Shown in pieces: positions 28,255-37,345 of a stretch of DNA of 64,000 nucleotides (its first letter is position 1; every line of letters starts with the position of its first letter). Under the pieces are notes generated by a model. That model was not told where the DNA came from. It did no database searches and saw only the letters and a program-made list of their open reading frames with translations. A program made the translations under genes and the position numbers. The DNA lies in contig NZ_CP116808.1 of assembly GCF_028464065.1 (NCBI RefSeq), positions 1,327,886 to 1,391,885 on the forward strand, written 5' to 3'. The DNA is from Saprospira sp. CCB-QB6 (GTDB lineage Bacteria > Bacteroidota > Bacteroidia > Chitinophagales > Saprospiraceae).

Positions 28255-29502
28255 ATGAGATATTCGATAATGAGTATTTTATTATTGGCCCTAATCCTAG
28301 GGGCTTGTCAATCAGAAGCGCCCAAAGTGGAGAGCAAGCAAACTATGGCTTTATTTCAAGGGCCTTGGCGGGGCAGTTTGGCCCTTAATGATAGTTTGGA
28401 GCTTCCCTTTGAGTTGGCTTATGATGGACAAGTTTGGGAAATCATCAATGGGGAGGAGCGCATTGCCTTGCAGCTAGATTCCTTAGGGCCAGATAGTATG
28501 CGTTGGACCTTGCCTGTTTTTGGGACCTACTTCAACATCAAGCAAATAGGACCCAAAAGCCTAAAAGGAGAATGGGTAAACAGTCAAAAAGAAGACTACC
28601 GAATTCCCTTTAAGGCCGAAGGGGGCAAAAACTTTCGTTTTGGACCAAAGGCAGCGGCTCAAAGCAGCTTAGCTAAAAAGTGGGCCGTGCAATTTTCGCC
28701 TCAGGACAGCGCCAATAGCTATCCTGGAATTGCCCTCTTTAAGCTAGACCCTCAAACGTCTATTGTATCGGGAAGCTTTATGACCGAAACAGGGGATTAT
28801 CGCTATTTGGCTGGAGAATTTAAGGGGGATAGCTTGCAACTTTCTGCCTTTGATGGGGCCCATGCCTTCTTATTCACGGCCCAACGACAGGGCGACGGCA
28901 GCTTATGGGGCCAATTTTACTCGGGCAAGCATTGGTCTACTTACTGGAGGGCCCAGCCCAACCCTAAAGCACAGCTTCGTCCCATGGACAGCCTCTCCTT
29001 CTTAAAAGCAGGCTATGAAAAGCTCGCCTTTAGCTTCCCAAATGCACAGGGCGATAGTCTTAGTTTGGAAGATGAGCGCTTTAAGGGCAAGGTTGTTATT
29101 GTCCAAGTTATGGGAAGCTGGTGCCCCAACTGCATGGATGAAAGCCGTTTGTTAGAAGAGTACTATAGACGTTATCGGAAAGAGGGCCTAGAAATCATAG
29201 CCTTGGCCTATGAACTCCGTCCTGATTTGGAGAAATTCCAAGCTATAGAAAAGCGTCTCCGCAAAGATTTGGGGATGAGCTACCCTATTGTTTTGGCTGG
29301 ACCAGCCAATAAGCAAGAGGCCGCTAAGAGTTTGCCCATGCTCAATCATATTCTTTCCTTTCCCACGGCCATCATTATTGACCGTCAGGGGAAGGTGCAG
29401 AAAATACATACAGGATTTAATGGGCCTGGAACGGGAGAATACTACGAACAATATCGAGAAGAGTTGGCCCAATTGATTGAGCAACTTCTGGTGGCTCAAT
29501 AA
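28255..29502 (+). CDS. TlpA/ResA-like thiol-disulfide oxidoreductase lipoprotein (thioredoxin fold, CPNC active site) with N-terminal domain of unknown function
   Basis: Lipobox LLALILGAC; VVIVQVMGSWCPNCMDE thioredoxin-like CxxC motif. Confidence 0.65.
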   Translation: MRYSIMSILLLALILGACQSEAPKVESKQTMALFQGPWRGSLALNDSLELPFELAYDGQVWEIINGEERIALQLDSLGPDSMRWTLPVFGTYFNIKQIGPKSLKGEWVNSQKEDYRIPFKAEGGKNFRFGPKAAAQSSLAKKWAVQFSPQDSANSYPGIALFKLDPQTSIVSGSFMTETGDYRYLAGEFKGDSLQLSAFDGAHAFLFTAQRQGDGSLWGQFYSGKHWSTYWRAQPNPKAQLRPMDSLSFLKAGYEKLAFSFPNAQGDSLSLEDERFKGKVVIVQVMGSWCPNCMDESRLLEEYYRRYRKEGLEIIALAYELRPDLEKFQAIEKRLRKDLGMSYPIVLAGPANKQEAAKSLPMLNHILSFPTAIIIDRQGKVQKIHTGFNGPGTGEYYEQYREELAQLIEQLLVAQ

Positions 29503-29527
29503 GTCCCCCACAGCTAGCTATGGGCAA

Positions 29528-29696
29528 CAGACAAATGCGTCCTACAGGGCCGCAGGGCCGAGCGCCCCGACCAACGGGAGCCGATGCAGCGAAGCAACTA
29601 ACAGCGAGCTGCAGAAGGACAGCAAGGCCTTTAGGCCGTCTTCGACGACCGAAGGGAGTAAGCGCCCGCCTGCGGCGGGCGGCTCCAAAACAGAAA
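29528..29696 (-). repeat. degenerate REP/MITE-like element copy
   Basis: GGGCCGCAGGGCCGAGCGCC...AGCGAGCTGCAGAAGG...GCCTGCGGCGGGCGGCTCCAAAAC. Confidence 0.5.
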
Positions 29697-29706
29697 AATA
29701 AACATT

Positions 29707-31440
29707 ATGATTCGATACTATTTACTTTATAGCTTTCTCATTAGCAGTCTAATCTTGCAGGCTCAGCAGCCTATTCTCCCAATATATAAGGAAAATCAGA
29801 GCTATGATTATGCTGCTGTTCGGGCGGCCTATCAAGCCATAGCCGAGGCTTATCCAGCCCAGACACATTTGGAAGAAATGGGCTTATCGGATCAGGGTCG
29901 GCCCATAGACTTCTTTATTTTATCGGAAGAGGGACTACAAACTGCGGCGGCGGCCAAGGCATCGGGCAAGTTGATCGTATGGATCAATAATGGGATTCAT
30001 CCGGGGGAGCCCTGTGGGATAGATGCCAGTTTGGAATTGGTTCAAAACATCTTGCGCAGGCCCAAGCAGCGGGCTTGGTTGAAAGAGATTGTACTTTGTG
30101 TTGTGCCTATCTATAATGTAGGTGGGGCGCATCAGCGCTCTTGTTGTAGTCGGGCGGCACAAAATGGCCCCTTGGCTTATGGTTTTAGGGGGAATGCGCA
30201 GCATTTGGACCTCAATAGAGACTTCATCAAATGTGATAGTCGGAATGCCCAGGCCTTTAATCGTTATTATTCGCTTTGGCAGCCCGACTTCTTTGTAGAC
30301 ACGCATACCACCAATGGCTCTGACCACCAATATACCTTAACCTTAATTGCTGGACAGGCGGATAAGATGCAAAGCTTGCAAGCGGCTTATCAGGAAGAGG
30401 AGCTGTTGCCGGCCTTATATGCGGGCATGAAAAAGCGGAAGAAGGAAATGATTCCCTATGTCTATACCATGGGCCCTACTCCAGAGGATGGTATCAAAGG
30501 CTTTTTGGAGACCCCTCGATACTCTTCGGGTTATGCCAATCTGTTTCAGTCTTGGGCCTTCATTACCGAGGCTTTAAAATACAAGCCCTATGCGGAGCGG
30601 GTAGAGCATAGTTTAGCTTTCTTAGAGGAGCTATTAGCTTATGGGGCGGCGCATCGGTTAGAGTTACAGCAAGTAAGGGCCAAAGCCAGAGCGGCAGTTT
30701 TGGCGCAAGACAGTTTTTGTTTGCGTTGGGCCTTGGATACTAGTCGGGCAGAGGAGCTGGTATTTAAGGGTTATGAGACAGAAATGCAGCCCTCTCCTTT
30801 TGGGGAAGATGAGCAGCGTTTGGTTTATCGCAAAGATCGGCCATATAGCAAAGTGATTCCTTATTATCCGCACTACAAAGAAGAAGTAGTTGTCAAAGCG
30901 CCTAGGGCCTATATTGTTCCACAATCGCAATGGCGTTTATTGAATCGGCTGCGTTGGAATGGAGTAGAAATGCGTCCCTTGGAGGCAGATACGAGCATAG
31001 CGGTAGAGGCATATTATATTCGGGACCTACAGACCGTCAAGCAAGCTTATGAGGGGCATTATTTGCATCAATCGGTAGCCGTAGAGAGGGTCTATATGCC
31101 TATGCAGTTCTATAAGGGGGATTATGTAGTTTCTTGTGGGCAGCCATTGAAGCGGTATTTAGTAGAAACCTTAGAGCCTCAGGGCCATGATGCCTTCTTT
31201 GCTTGGAATTTCTTTGATGCTATTTTGCAACAAAAAGAGTGGTTTTCGCCTTTCTCTTTTGAGTCGATTGCCCTTGAACTTTTGGAGAATGACCCTTATC
31301 TTAAAGCAGCCTTTGAGGCTAAGAAAAAAGAGGAGGAAGCCTTTGCCAAGAGTCGTTATCAGCAGCTCTACTTCATCTATCAGCATTCTCCTTATTATGA
31401 GCCTAGTCATCGGCTTTACCCTATAGCTAGACTACCTTAA
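29707..31440 (+). CDS. secreted M14-family zinc carboxypeptidase
   Basis: Signal peptide; HPGE (HxxE zinc ligands) and LDLNRDF (M14 N-R motif). Confidence 0.55.
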   Translation: MIRYYLLYSFLISSLILQAQQPILPIYKENQSYDYAAVRAAYQAIAEAYPAQTHLEEMGLSDQGRPIDFFILSEEGLQTAAAAKASGKLIVWINNGIHPGEPCGIDASLELVQNILRRPKQRAWLKEIVLCVVPIYNVGGAHQRSCCSRAAQNGPLAYGFRGNAQHLDLNRDFIKCDSRNAQAFNRYYSLWQPDFFVDTHTTNGSDHQYTLTLIAGQADKMQSLQAAYQEEELLPALYAGMKKRKKEMIPYVYTMGPTPEDGIKGFLETPRYSSGYANLFQSWAFITEALKYKPYAERVEHSLAFLEELLAYGAAHRLELQQVRAKARAAVLAQDSFCLRWALDTSRAEELVFKGYETEMQPSPFGEDEQRLVYRKDRPYSKVIPYYPHYKEEVVVKAPRAYIVPQSQWRLLNRLRWNGVEMRPLEADTSIAVEAYYIRDLQTVKQAYEGHYLHQSVAVERVYMPMQFYKGDYVVSCGQPLKRYLVETLEPQGHDAFFAWNFFDAILQQKEWFSPFSFESIALELLENDPYLKAAFEAKKKEEEAFAKSRYQQLYFIYQHSPYYEPSHRLYPIARLP

Positions 31441-31449
31441 AGACTATAT

Positions 31450-32118
31450 TTGATGCGCTTTCTTAGTGGGCCAGCGGCCCTTCTGAATGAGTTTGAGTTA
31501 ATAGCGGACAAAGAGAGCTTTGCCATGCTTCATTTTTATGAGCGGAACAAAGTGGAATTGGCCCTTTTACCTTTTGCAGACTATTACCGTCTGCGGACTT
31601 ATTATGCCAATGCTTTATTGGCGGCGCAGGCCTATGAGCAGCACATTGTAGAGGCAGATTGGTTAATTGAGCAATCTATCATTGAGGATATTCGGGAAGT
31701 AGATGGGCGGGATGTCTATTTGCATTTTCTATATACTTCTATGTTGGCCTTTTTTTATTTGGGCCAATATGATACTTCTTTTAAGCGGATAAAGGCCTTA
31801 GTGGCTATGCGGCCATATGAGCCCAAGTATTTGCTTTGGCTAAGGCGCAATTTAATGCTTCGACGGCCCAATTGGGTGCGTTGGGGTTTTGCGGGGGCCA
31901 TATTGAGTTTGGCAAGTTGGTTAATCCTTAGTTTTTTCTCGCTTTTTTTGGTAGATCCCTTTTTTCCTTATTTGCGGGAAGTTATTTTGGGGGCTCGGCA
32001 GCTCACGGCAGGGCTTGGGGCGGCTGCAATAAGCTTTGCGATATTTGGGCAATACTACTATGTAGAAAGAGAATTGCGTAAGTTAATAAAAGGTAGGGGG
32101 GCCAAAGGGGCCTCTTGA
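31450..32118 (+). CDS. hypothetical protein with C-terminal TM helices
   Basis: No recognisable domain. Confidence 0.35.
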   Translation: MMRFLSGPAALLNEFELIADKESFAMLHFYERNKVELALLPFADYYRLRTYYANALLAAQAYEQHIVEADWLIEQSIIEDIREVDGRDVYLHFLYTSMLAFFYLGQYDTSFKRIKALVAMRPYEPKYLLWLRRNLMLRRPNWVRWGFAGAILSLASWLILSFFSLFLVDPFFPYLREVILGARQLTAGLGAAAISFAIFGQYYYVERELRKLIKGRGAKGAS

Positions 32119-32123
32119 GTGAA

Positions 32124-32160
32124 CTAAAAAGAGCCCTGCGATTGCAGGGCTCTTTTGTTT
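32124..32160. terminator. bidirectional terminator (AAAAGAGCCCTGC-GATT-GCAGGGCTCTTTT)
   Basis: Perfect hairpin between convergent genes. Confidence 0.65.
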
Positions 32161-32171
32161 TATTGACTGGC

Positions 32172-33224
32172 TTAATCTAGGCAGTGATTAGTTGCTTTAA
32201 GGGCTTGGAAGTTGAGCAATTGGCCCATAACAGCAGCTATTCTAGCTCGTTCTTTTTTTGGGCGGTCAAAAGCATTTTTGAGGAAGACCGCATAATAGAG
32301 GGGGCGTTGGCCGGCTTCTCTTTCTATCCAGCCGGCATCATTATAAATCCCTGGTAGGCTTCCTGTTTTGTGGGCAACTTTGCGGTTTGGGGGGAGGACC
32401 TCTGGGAGGAAATAGCTACCGGTTCGGCAAGAGAGCAGGCAATCTCTTAGCCATTGGCTAGATTGGGGATTCAGCCATTGTTCTTGATCTAGGCCTTTGA
32501 GGAGTTGGACAAAGGCTTTTGGGGAGCCTTGATCTCTGCGGTCCCAAAGAAATTTACGTCTAGCAATTTTGCGTTCGGACCAAGGGGAGCTGGACAAAAT
32601 TTGGGTAGCGCGGCTATAGGTCCATAGGCTTTGGTCTTCGGGTAATTCTCGGTTAGCTAGATCAATAAAGATTTCAATCAAATAACGGTTAATGTTAATA
32701 TCGGAGACCATCCAGCTTTTGAGTTGAGCTTGGACATATTCTGGTCCACCGAGTTGGCGCAGCAGAGCGTCTGTTGCGCAATTATCGCTATATCGCATCA
32801 TGTAATGGGCTAATTCTTCGATTTGGGGACCAAAGGCCGTCTTGCCAGTACTATCCCAATCCATAAAACAGCCAGAGTGGCGACGGTCCTCTAGGTTGAG
32901 CGGAATAGAATCATATAGAGAGAGTTTGCCGGCCTCTTGAGCAGCTAGCAAACTGGCGGCTATGGGAAGTTTATAGACGCTAGCTAGGGGAAAAAGGCTA
33001 TCTCCAGCAATGGAGAAGCTTTGGTCCAATTGTGCGTCATAGATATAGATGCCCATTTGGCCTTTGGGGTTTTGGCAAATGAGCTGTAAGCTATCTTTGA
33101 GGGCCTCAAAACCACTTAGATTTTCCTGGTAGATGGGGACTTGGCTAAATGGGGGATGTTTTTCCTTTTGGCAGGCGAAAAGGAAGAGGAATAAAAAAGG
33201 GCAAAAAAAGTAAAGTGTTTTCAT
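32172..33224 (-). CDS. class A beta-lactamase-related serine hydrolase lipoprotein
   Basis: SxxK (SVYK), SDN (YSDNCA) and KTG (HKTGS) motifs in the canonical order; lipoprotein signal. Confidence 0.55.
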   Translation of the reverse strand: MKTLYFFCPFLFLFLFACQKEKHPPFSQVPIYQENLSGFEALKDSLQLICQNPKGQMGIYIYDAQLDQSFSIAGDSLFPLASVYKLPIAASLLAAQEAGKLSLYDSIPLNLEDRRHSGCFMDWDSTGKTAFGPQIEELAHYMMRYSDNCATDALLRQLGGPEYVQAQLKSWMVSDININRYLIEIFIDLANRELPEDQSLWTYSRATQILSSSPWSERKIARRKFLWDRRDQGSPKAFVQLLKGLDQEQWLNPQSSQWLRDCLLSCRTGSYFLPEVLPPNRKVAHKTGSLPGIYNDAGWIEREAGQRPLYYAVFLKNAFDRPKKERARIAAVMGQLLNFQALKATNHCLD

Positions 33225-33461
33225 AAGCTATTGGTTATAGTGTTGGGTCACAAATTAAGGAATTGAGCAGACTTTAAGAGGAGGAATACTTGAGGCTTTG
33301 GCCTTTTTAGAAAGGGGGGAAGGCGAAGAATTGGGCCTGGGGGGAGGAAAGCATAAAGTTTATTTTAGAGAATTACAAACTTATCTCCTTAGACAATCAA
33401 GCAGTTAGCAAAAACATTAAATAAAAGGGCATTAAAAGCTTGGAAAAAGAGATTCTTGCCG

Positions 33462-33469
33462 TATATTTG
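33462..33469 (+). promoter_or_regulatory. Bacteroidota-type -7 promoter element TATATTTG for tRNA-Met
   Basis: TAnnTTTG consensus immediately upstream of the tRNA. Confidence 0.45.
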
Positions 33470-33472
33470 CAA

Positions 33473-33546
<74 letters not shown>

Positions 33547-33547
33547 A

Positions 33548-33583
33548 GGTAAAGCCTTCCAGTGATGGAAGGCTTTTTTTTAT
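33548..33583 (+). terminator. rho-independent terminator after tRNA-Met (AAGGTAAAGCCTTCCA-GTGA-TGGAAGGCTTTTTTTT)
   Basis: Hairpin plus T-run. Confidence 0.7.
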
Positions 33584-33631
33584 GCCTATATCCAGCCTGC
33601 TCCGCAACCTAAAGAATTATTATTTGTATAA

Positions 33632-34549
33632 TTGCAAACTTTATTTTTGAGTCTTTGGCTGATGAGTTATTGGCCTACTGCAAGTTTGTATATGATGAAA
33701 AACTACCTTTCTTTAATTAAATTCAGTCATACTATTTTTGCGTTGCCCTTTGCGATGATTGGCTTTTTCTTGGCCACGGTAGAGGGGAATGGGCAATTGG
33801 ATTGGCGGTTATTTGCTTTGGTCCTTTTATGTATGGTCTTTGCGCGTTCGGCGGCTATGGCCTTTAATCGTTATGCAGATCGGGATATTGATCGGCGGAA
33901 TCCGCGGACGGTCACAAGAGAGATTCCTGCGGGGGTAATTTCGGCTCGAAATGCACTCTTTTTTGTGTTGATTAACTGTGCTTTATTTGTGGCCACCACC
34001 TATTTTATCAATTGGCTTTGCTTTTTGCTTTCGCCCATTGCGCTTTTAGTGGTTTTGGGCTACTCTTATACAAAGCGGTTTACGGCCCTTTGCCATTTTG
34101 TTTTGGGGGTAGGTTTAGCCTTGGCGCCTATTGGGGCTTATATTGCGGTGAGCAATCAATTTGCCTTATTGCCGATTATTTACTCCTTTGTGGTTTTATT
34201 TTGGGTATCGGGTTTTGATATTATTTATGCTTTGCAAGATGAGGAGTTTGACCGTTCCTTGGGCTTAAATTCAATTCCCGCTGCTTTAGGGAAAAAGCGC
34301 GCCTTGATGGTGTCTAATGTATTGCATGGACTCACGGCTCTTTTGGTGATTTATCCAGGCATACAAGCGACTGAATTCTTTGGGCTTTATTATTGGATTG
34401 CGGTGGCTTTATTTATTGGCTTATTGGCCTATCAGCATTTTTTGGTCAAGCCAAATGATTTGTCTAAGGTGAATCTGGCCTTTTTTACGACTAATGGAAT
34501 TGCCTCTACTATTTTTGGGACATTGGTAATCTTTGATTTGTATTTTTAG
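33632..34549 (+). CDS. UbiA-family aromatic prenyltransferase (MenA/UbiA-like)
   Basis: NRYADRDIDRRNPRT (NxxxDxxxD) motif and about 8 TM helices. Confidence 0.65.
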   Translation: MQTLFLSLWLMSYWPTASLYMMKNYLSLIKFSHTIFALPFAMIGFFLATVEGNGQLDWRLFALVLLCMVFARSAAMAFNRYADRDIDRRNPRTVTREIPAGVISARNALFFVLINCALFVATTYFINWLCFLLSPIALLVVLGYSYTKRFTALCHFVLGVGLALAPIGAYIAVSNQFALLPIIYSFVVLFWVSGFDIIYALQDEEFDRSLGLNSIPAALGKKRALMVSNVLHGLTALLVIYPGIQATEFFGLYYWIAVALFIGLLAYQHFLVKPNDLSKVNLAFFTTNGIASTIFGTLVIFDLYF

Positions 34550-34683
34550 ATGGCCATTATTTCTTTTTGCTCCCCGCCTGCTTTTCTGAGTAGGCGGGGA
34601 TTTTTTGTTGGTTTTGGGGCATAAAAAAGGCCATCCTTTCCGTTCTGGACTGAATGGCTAATCTATAATATCTACTGCTATTT

Positions 34684-34812
34684 TGGGGCCTCCGCAGCAA
34701 AGCTGCGGCGCTACGTTTCAGGGCTCGCAGGTCTGCTCGGCCCTGCGGCCTAACGGCCTTGGTCTGCGGCTTCGCCGCCCCCTTTCACATCGCTAGGCCT
34801 GCGGCCCTTCGG
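34684..34812 (+). repeat. REP/MITE-like element copy (forward; inverted pair with the next copy)
   Basis: TTTTGGGGCCTCCGCAGC...GCTCGCAGGTCTGCTCGGCCCTGCGGCC...GGTCTGCGGC. Confidence 0.65.
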
Positions 34813-34859
34813 GCCTATTGAATGGCAGCGGCTAAAGGCCGCCAGCCATTTTTGGGTTT

Positions 34860-34998
34860 CAACCCACAATATTGGCTGAGGGATGGATAGCAGTGGCCGC
34901 AGGCCAGACCCAGGGCTTTTGAAGCAAAGCGAAAAAGCCCGCAGGGCCGAGCAGACCTGCGAGCTGCGGCACAGCCCGACCCAGCCGCAGGCTGGGGC
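34860..34998 (-). repeat. REP/MITE-like element copy (reverse)
   Basis: GGCTGAGGGATGGATAGCAGTGGCCGCAGGCCAGACC...GCAGGGCCGAGCAGACCTGCGAGCTGCGGCACAGCCCGACCC...GGGGCAGCCCCAAAAAAA. Confidence 0.7.
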
Positions 34999-35012
34999 AG
35001 CCCCAAAAAAAG

Positions 35013-35861
35013 CTACTTCTTCTTGGTCTGTTCCACTAACGTTTCTATAGTATTATATAGATTTTGGATAATCGTTGATTGATTTTGGACCATTTTGCGG
35101 AGCTCGTCCATTTCGGAGCGGAGCATATTTTTAATATTGGAAGGAGAGGGCAAAAAGGGAGAAATTTTGGCGCGGACATACCAAATCTCTTGAATATCCT
35201 TCACGCTCATTTCAAAGGGTTCATAGTAAGTATTGTCGGACAGGAGCAGCAGTTTTTGGTCGGCTTTGATGTGGTTGTGTATGCGTTTGATGAGGACATC
35301 GCCTTTAGTGACCACCACATAGACATAATTATCTTTGAGGGAAGAGGCCCAGAGGCTGGGTTCTAGGTAGCTACAAACCACCTTATCGCCTTCAAAGAGG
35401 GTGGGTTCCATACTATCGCCAGAGAGGTCAAATGAGCGGTGGGTACCCACCTTATACTTATAGTCGGGCAAGGTATAGCTGGGTAATTCTTGGATAAAAG
35501 TGGGGTCTTTAGACTCGGAGGCATAGCCTGCTTGAGCGGGCACGGGCACATGCACAATGCGTTCATCATTGTGGGAGTCAGTGACTACGGTAAGGACTTT
35601 CAAGTTAGGTTGAGCCTCTTCTGTCATAAAAAGGGGCCCTTCGCCAGAGAAGAGATAGACGGGATTCATCTTATAGACCTCTATGGCTTTTCGGAGCAGC
35701 TCAATAGTCACATCTCGGCGTTGTTTGAGGATTTCGCTCAGGCTTTGGGGCAAATAATCGAGGGAAAGGGCAAATTGTCGGCTAGAGCGGATGCGTTGTT
35801 CCTTCTTGAGTTGGTCGTGGCAATGGATAAAACGTTCGGTTACTATAGAATTCATAAGCAA
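35013..35861 (-). CDS. LexA-like repressor: N-terminal HTH plus C-terminal S24 peptidase domain
   Basis: LSGDSMEPTLFEGDKVV (Ser nucleophile) and downstream VLIKRI (Lys) S24 motifs; N-terminal HTH-like region. Confidence 0.6.
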   Translation of the reverse strand: MLMNSIVTERFIHCHDQLKKEQRIRSSRQFALSLDYLPQSLSEILKQRRDVTIELLRKAIEVYKMNPVYLFSGEGPLFMTEEAQPNLKVLTVVTDSHNDERIVHVPVPAQAGYASESKDPTFIQELPSYTLPDYKYKVGTHRSFDLSGDSMEPTLFEGDKVVCSYLEPSLWASSLKDNYVYVVVTKGDVLIKRIHNHIKADQKLLLLSDNTYYEPFEMSVKDIQEIWYVRAKISPFLPSPSNIKNMLRSEMDELRKMVQNQSTIIQNLYNTIETLVEQTKKK

Positions 35862-36189
35862 AAAGTTAATGCCCTAAAGCTATTATAGTGAGTGCAATAA
35901 GGCCCTCACAAAACAAATTTAACTTTTTGCGTGTACAGCAACAACTATTTACGCAAATAATTTAAACTCAACTCCTTTATTATTTAGATAAGTTCAAAAC
36001 AATAGACTTTAACAAGTCAGCTGTTCAAAGTCATTAGACAATTTAGGGTTGCTACATTAACTTCATATAGCCTTAACAAAACCTTTAGGTATTTTGCCTA
36101 AATTTCAACAATTGGTTAAATCAGGCTTAATAAATTTGGAAATATATAGTTATTGCGATACTTCCAATGGAACAAATAAAAAACAACTT

Positions 36190-36486
36190 ATGGAAAATTA
36201 TTACATGCTAGAATTCGAGGTACCTGCAGATATGCAGGCCCATGTAGAGGCTCGTTCTGCAGAGCATCATGCGAAGGTAGAGGAATTAATGGCCCAAGGT
36301 CGCATTCAGTCTTTTTCTTATTCGGCCAACGCCATGCGTTCTTGGGCTATTGTAAAGGCTAGTTCTGCAATTGAGGTGATGCGTTTGATTCAGGAGTTAC
36401 CTTTGCAGGATTGCATGATTCCTAGCATTATTAGCCTAGAGAGCCATTATTCGGCAGCGCCTAGACTAGCGACAGCTGCACACTAG
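36190..36486 (+). CDS. muconolactone delta-isomerase-like small protein (the ORF is open from 36094; start chosen at Met 36190)
   Basis: YYMLEFEVPADMQ...IQSFSY...AIVKASSAIEVMRLIQELPLQDCM resembles the MLI family (MLFHVKM...LHDTLMQLPLFPYM). Confidence 0.45.
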   Translation: MENYYMLEFEVPADMQAHVEARSAEHHAKVEELMAQGRIQSFSYSANAMRSWAIVKASSAIEVMRLIQELPLQDCMIPSIISLESHYSAAPRLATAAH

Positions 36487-36518
36487 CTATAAAAATTAAT
36501 ATAAAGGCAAAGTTGGCT

Positions 36519-36941
36519 TTAAGAGCAATAGCGGTTCTTTTGCGAACAATTGACATATATAATCCTCGCTTGTTCTAGATCTAAGCGTTGTTTTTGTCTT
36601 GCTTTTACCCAAATAGCAAATTCTGAGGGCGCTTCTTCTTGAAACTCGTCCAACTTCAATACGGTATACACCCCCTCTCCTGCAGGCAATAACCAACTGT
36701 GCTCATCCAGAGCAATCAGCTGGCCTTCGGGATAGGCATGTACAGATAAGGCTGGCCTAGATGCCTGTTCTTTAAGGACTTCTAGTGCCATTTGGGCCAA
36801 TTCATCAGCAGAGGGGTCTTCCTTCTCGGCTTCTAAAATAACACAGCTTCCATTTTGGAAGAGGACCCAGTGGGGATAATGTTCGGCGGTCAACTCAGTA
36901 ATTGTAGTTAACCATTGTTCGTGTATAACTGGATTGTTCAA
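36519..36941 (-). CDS. hypothetical protein
   Basis: ORF only. Confidence 0.35.
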   Translation of the reverse strand: MNNPVIHEQWLTTITELTAEHYPHWVLFQNGSCVILEAEKEDPSADELAQMALEVLKEQASRPALSVHAYPEGQLIALDEHSWLLPAGEGVYTVLKLDEFQEEAPSEFAIWVKARQKQRLDLEQARIIYVNCSQKNRYCS

Positions 36942-37007
36942 TAGTCTGTTTTTTGGTTTACTACCAATAAGTTAGAACAAATAATTAGGCTATACAATAG
37001 GCCAAGG

Positions 37008-37050
37008 GCCCAGCTTGCAGGTTTAGCAAGCTGGGCCCTTTTTGTTAAAA
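37008..37050 (+). terminator. orphan plus-strand rho-independent terminator (13-bp perfect stem GGGCCCAGCTTGC/GCAAGCTGGGCCC followed by TTTTT)
   Basis: No plus-strand CDS ends nearby. Confidence 0.5.
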
Positions 37051-37292
37051 TAAGGTTAACTGATCGAACTGTGATTAGTGTTACTACATCTATCTGTTTA
37101 ATCTCTGATCTTTGTAATAGACAAAAGGGCTAGAAGATGATTGGCCAACAAAAAAATAGCTTTTGTCAATTTGGTCACAAAGATATACGAGAAGCTCACA
37201 TACTTTTGTAAGGAACAAAAAAGGATGGGCAAGCTTTTGAAATAAAATTTCTGCTTGTCGTAAAAGTCACAAACAATCTTTTATTCCTACCT

Positions 37293-37300
37293 TATCTTTG
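37293..37300 (+). promoter_or_regulatory. candidate -7 promoter element TATCTTTG upstream of the PDO-rhodanese gene
   Basis: TAnnTTTG match 46 nt upstream of the ATG. Confidence 0.35.
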
Positions 37301-37345
37301 TATCAACAACAATTTACTAAACATCACACTTAAAATATAAGCATT

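Noticed and set aside
27800-28258. 152-aa ORF reading through the 41-bp tandem array as a 41-aa repeat protein
   Set aside because: The DNA-level 41-bp sub-periodicity (units about 93 % identical although translated in three different frames) indicates selection or expansion at the DNA level, not the protein level. The call is kept as ambiguous in the finding but is not annotated as a CDS.
24810-31440. Type IX secretion C-terminal domains on the secreted proteins (Gly-rich protein, M14 peptidase)
   Set aside because: The C-termini do not show the conserved T9SS CTD pattern. I cannot support it from the sequence.
35870-36095. LexA-type SOS box in the divergent promoter region of the S24 repressor gene
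   Set aside because: Only a weak TTGCGT-N18-ACGCAA inverted repeat was seen. It is not a recognisable LexA box for any described lineage, which is insufficient evidence.
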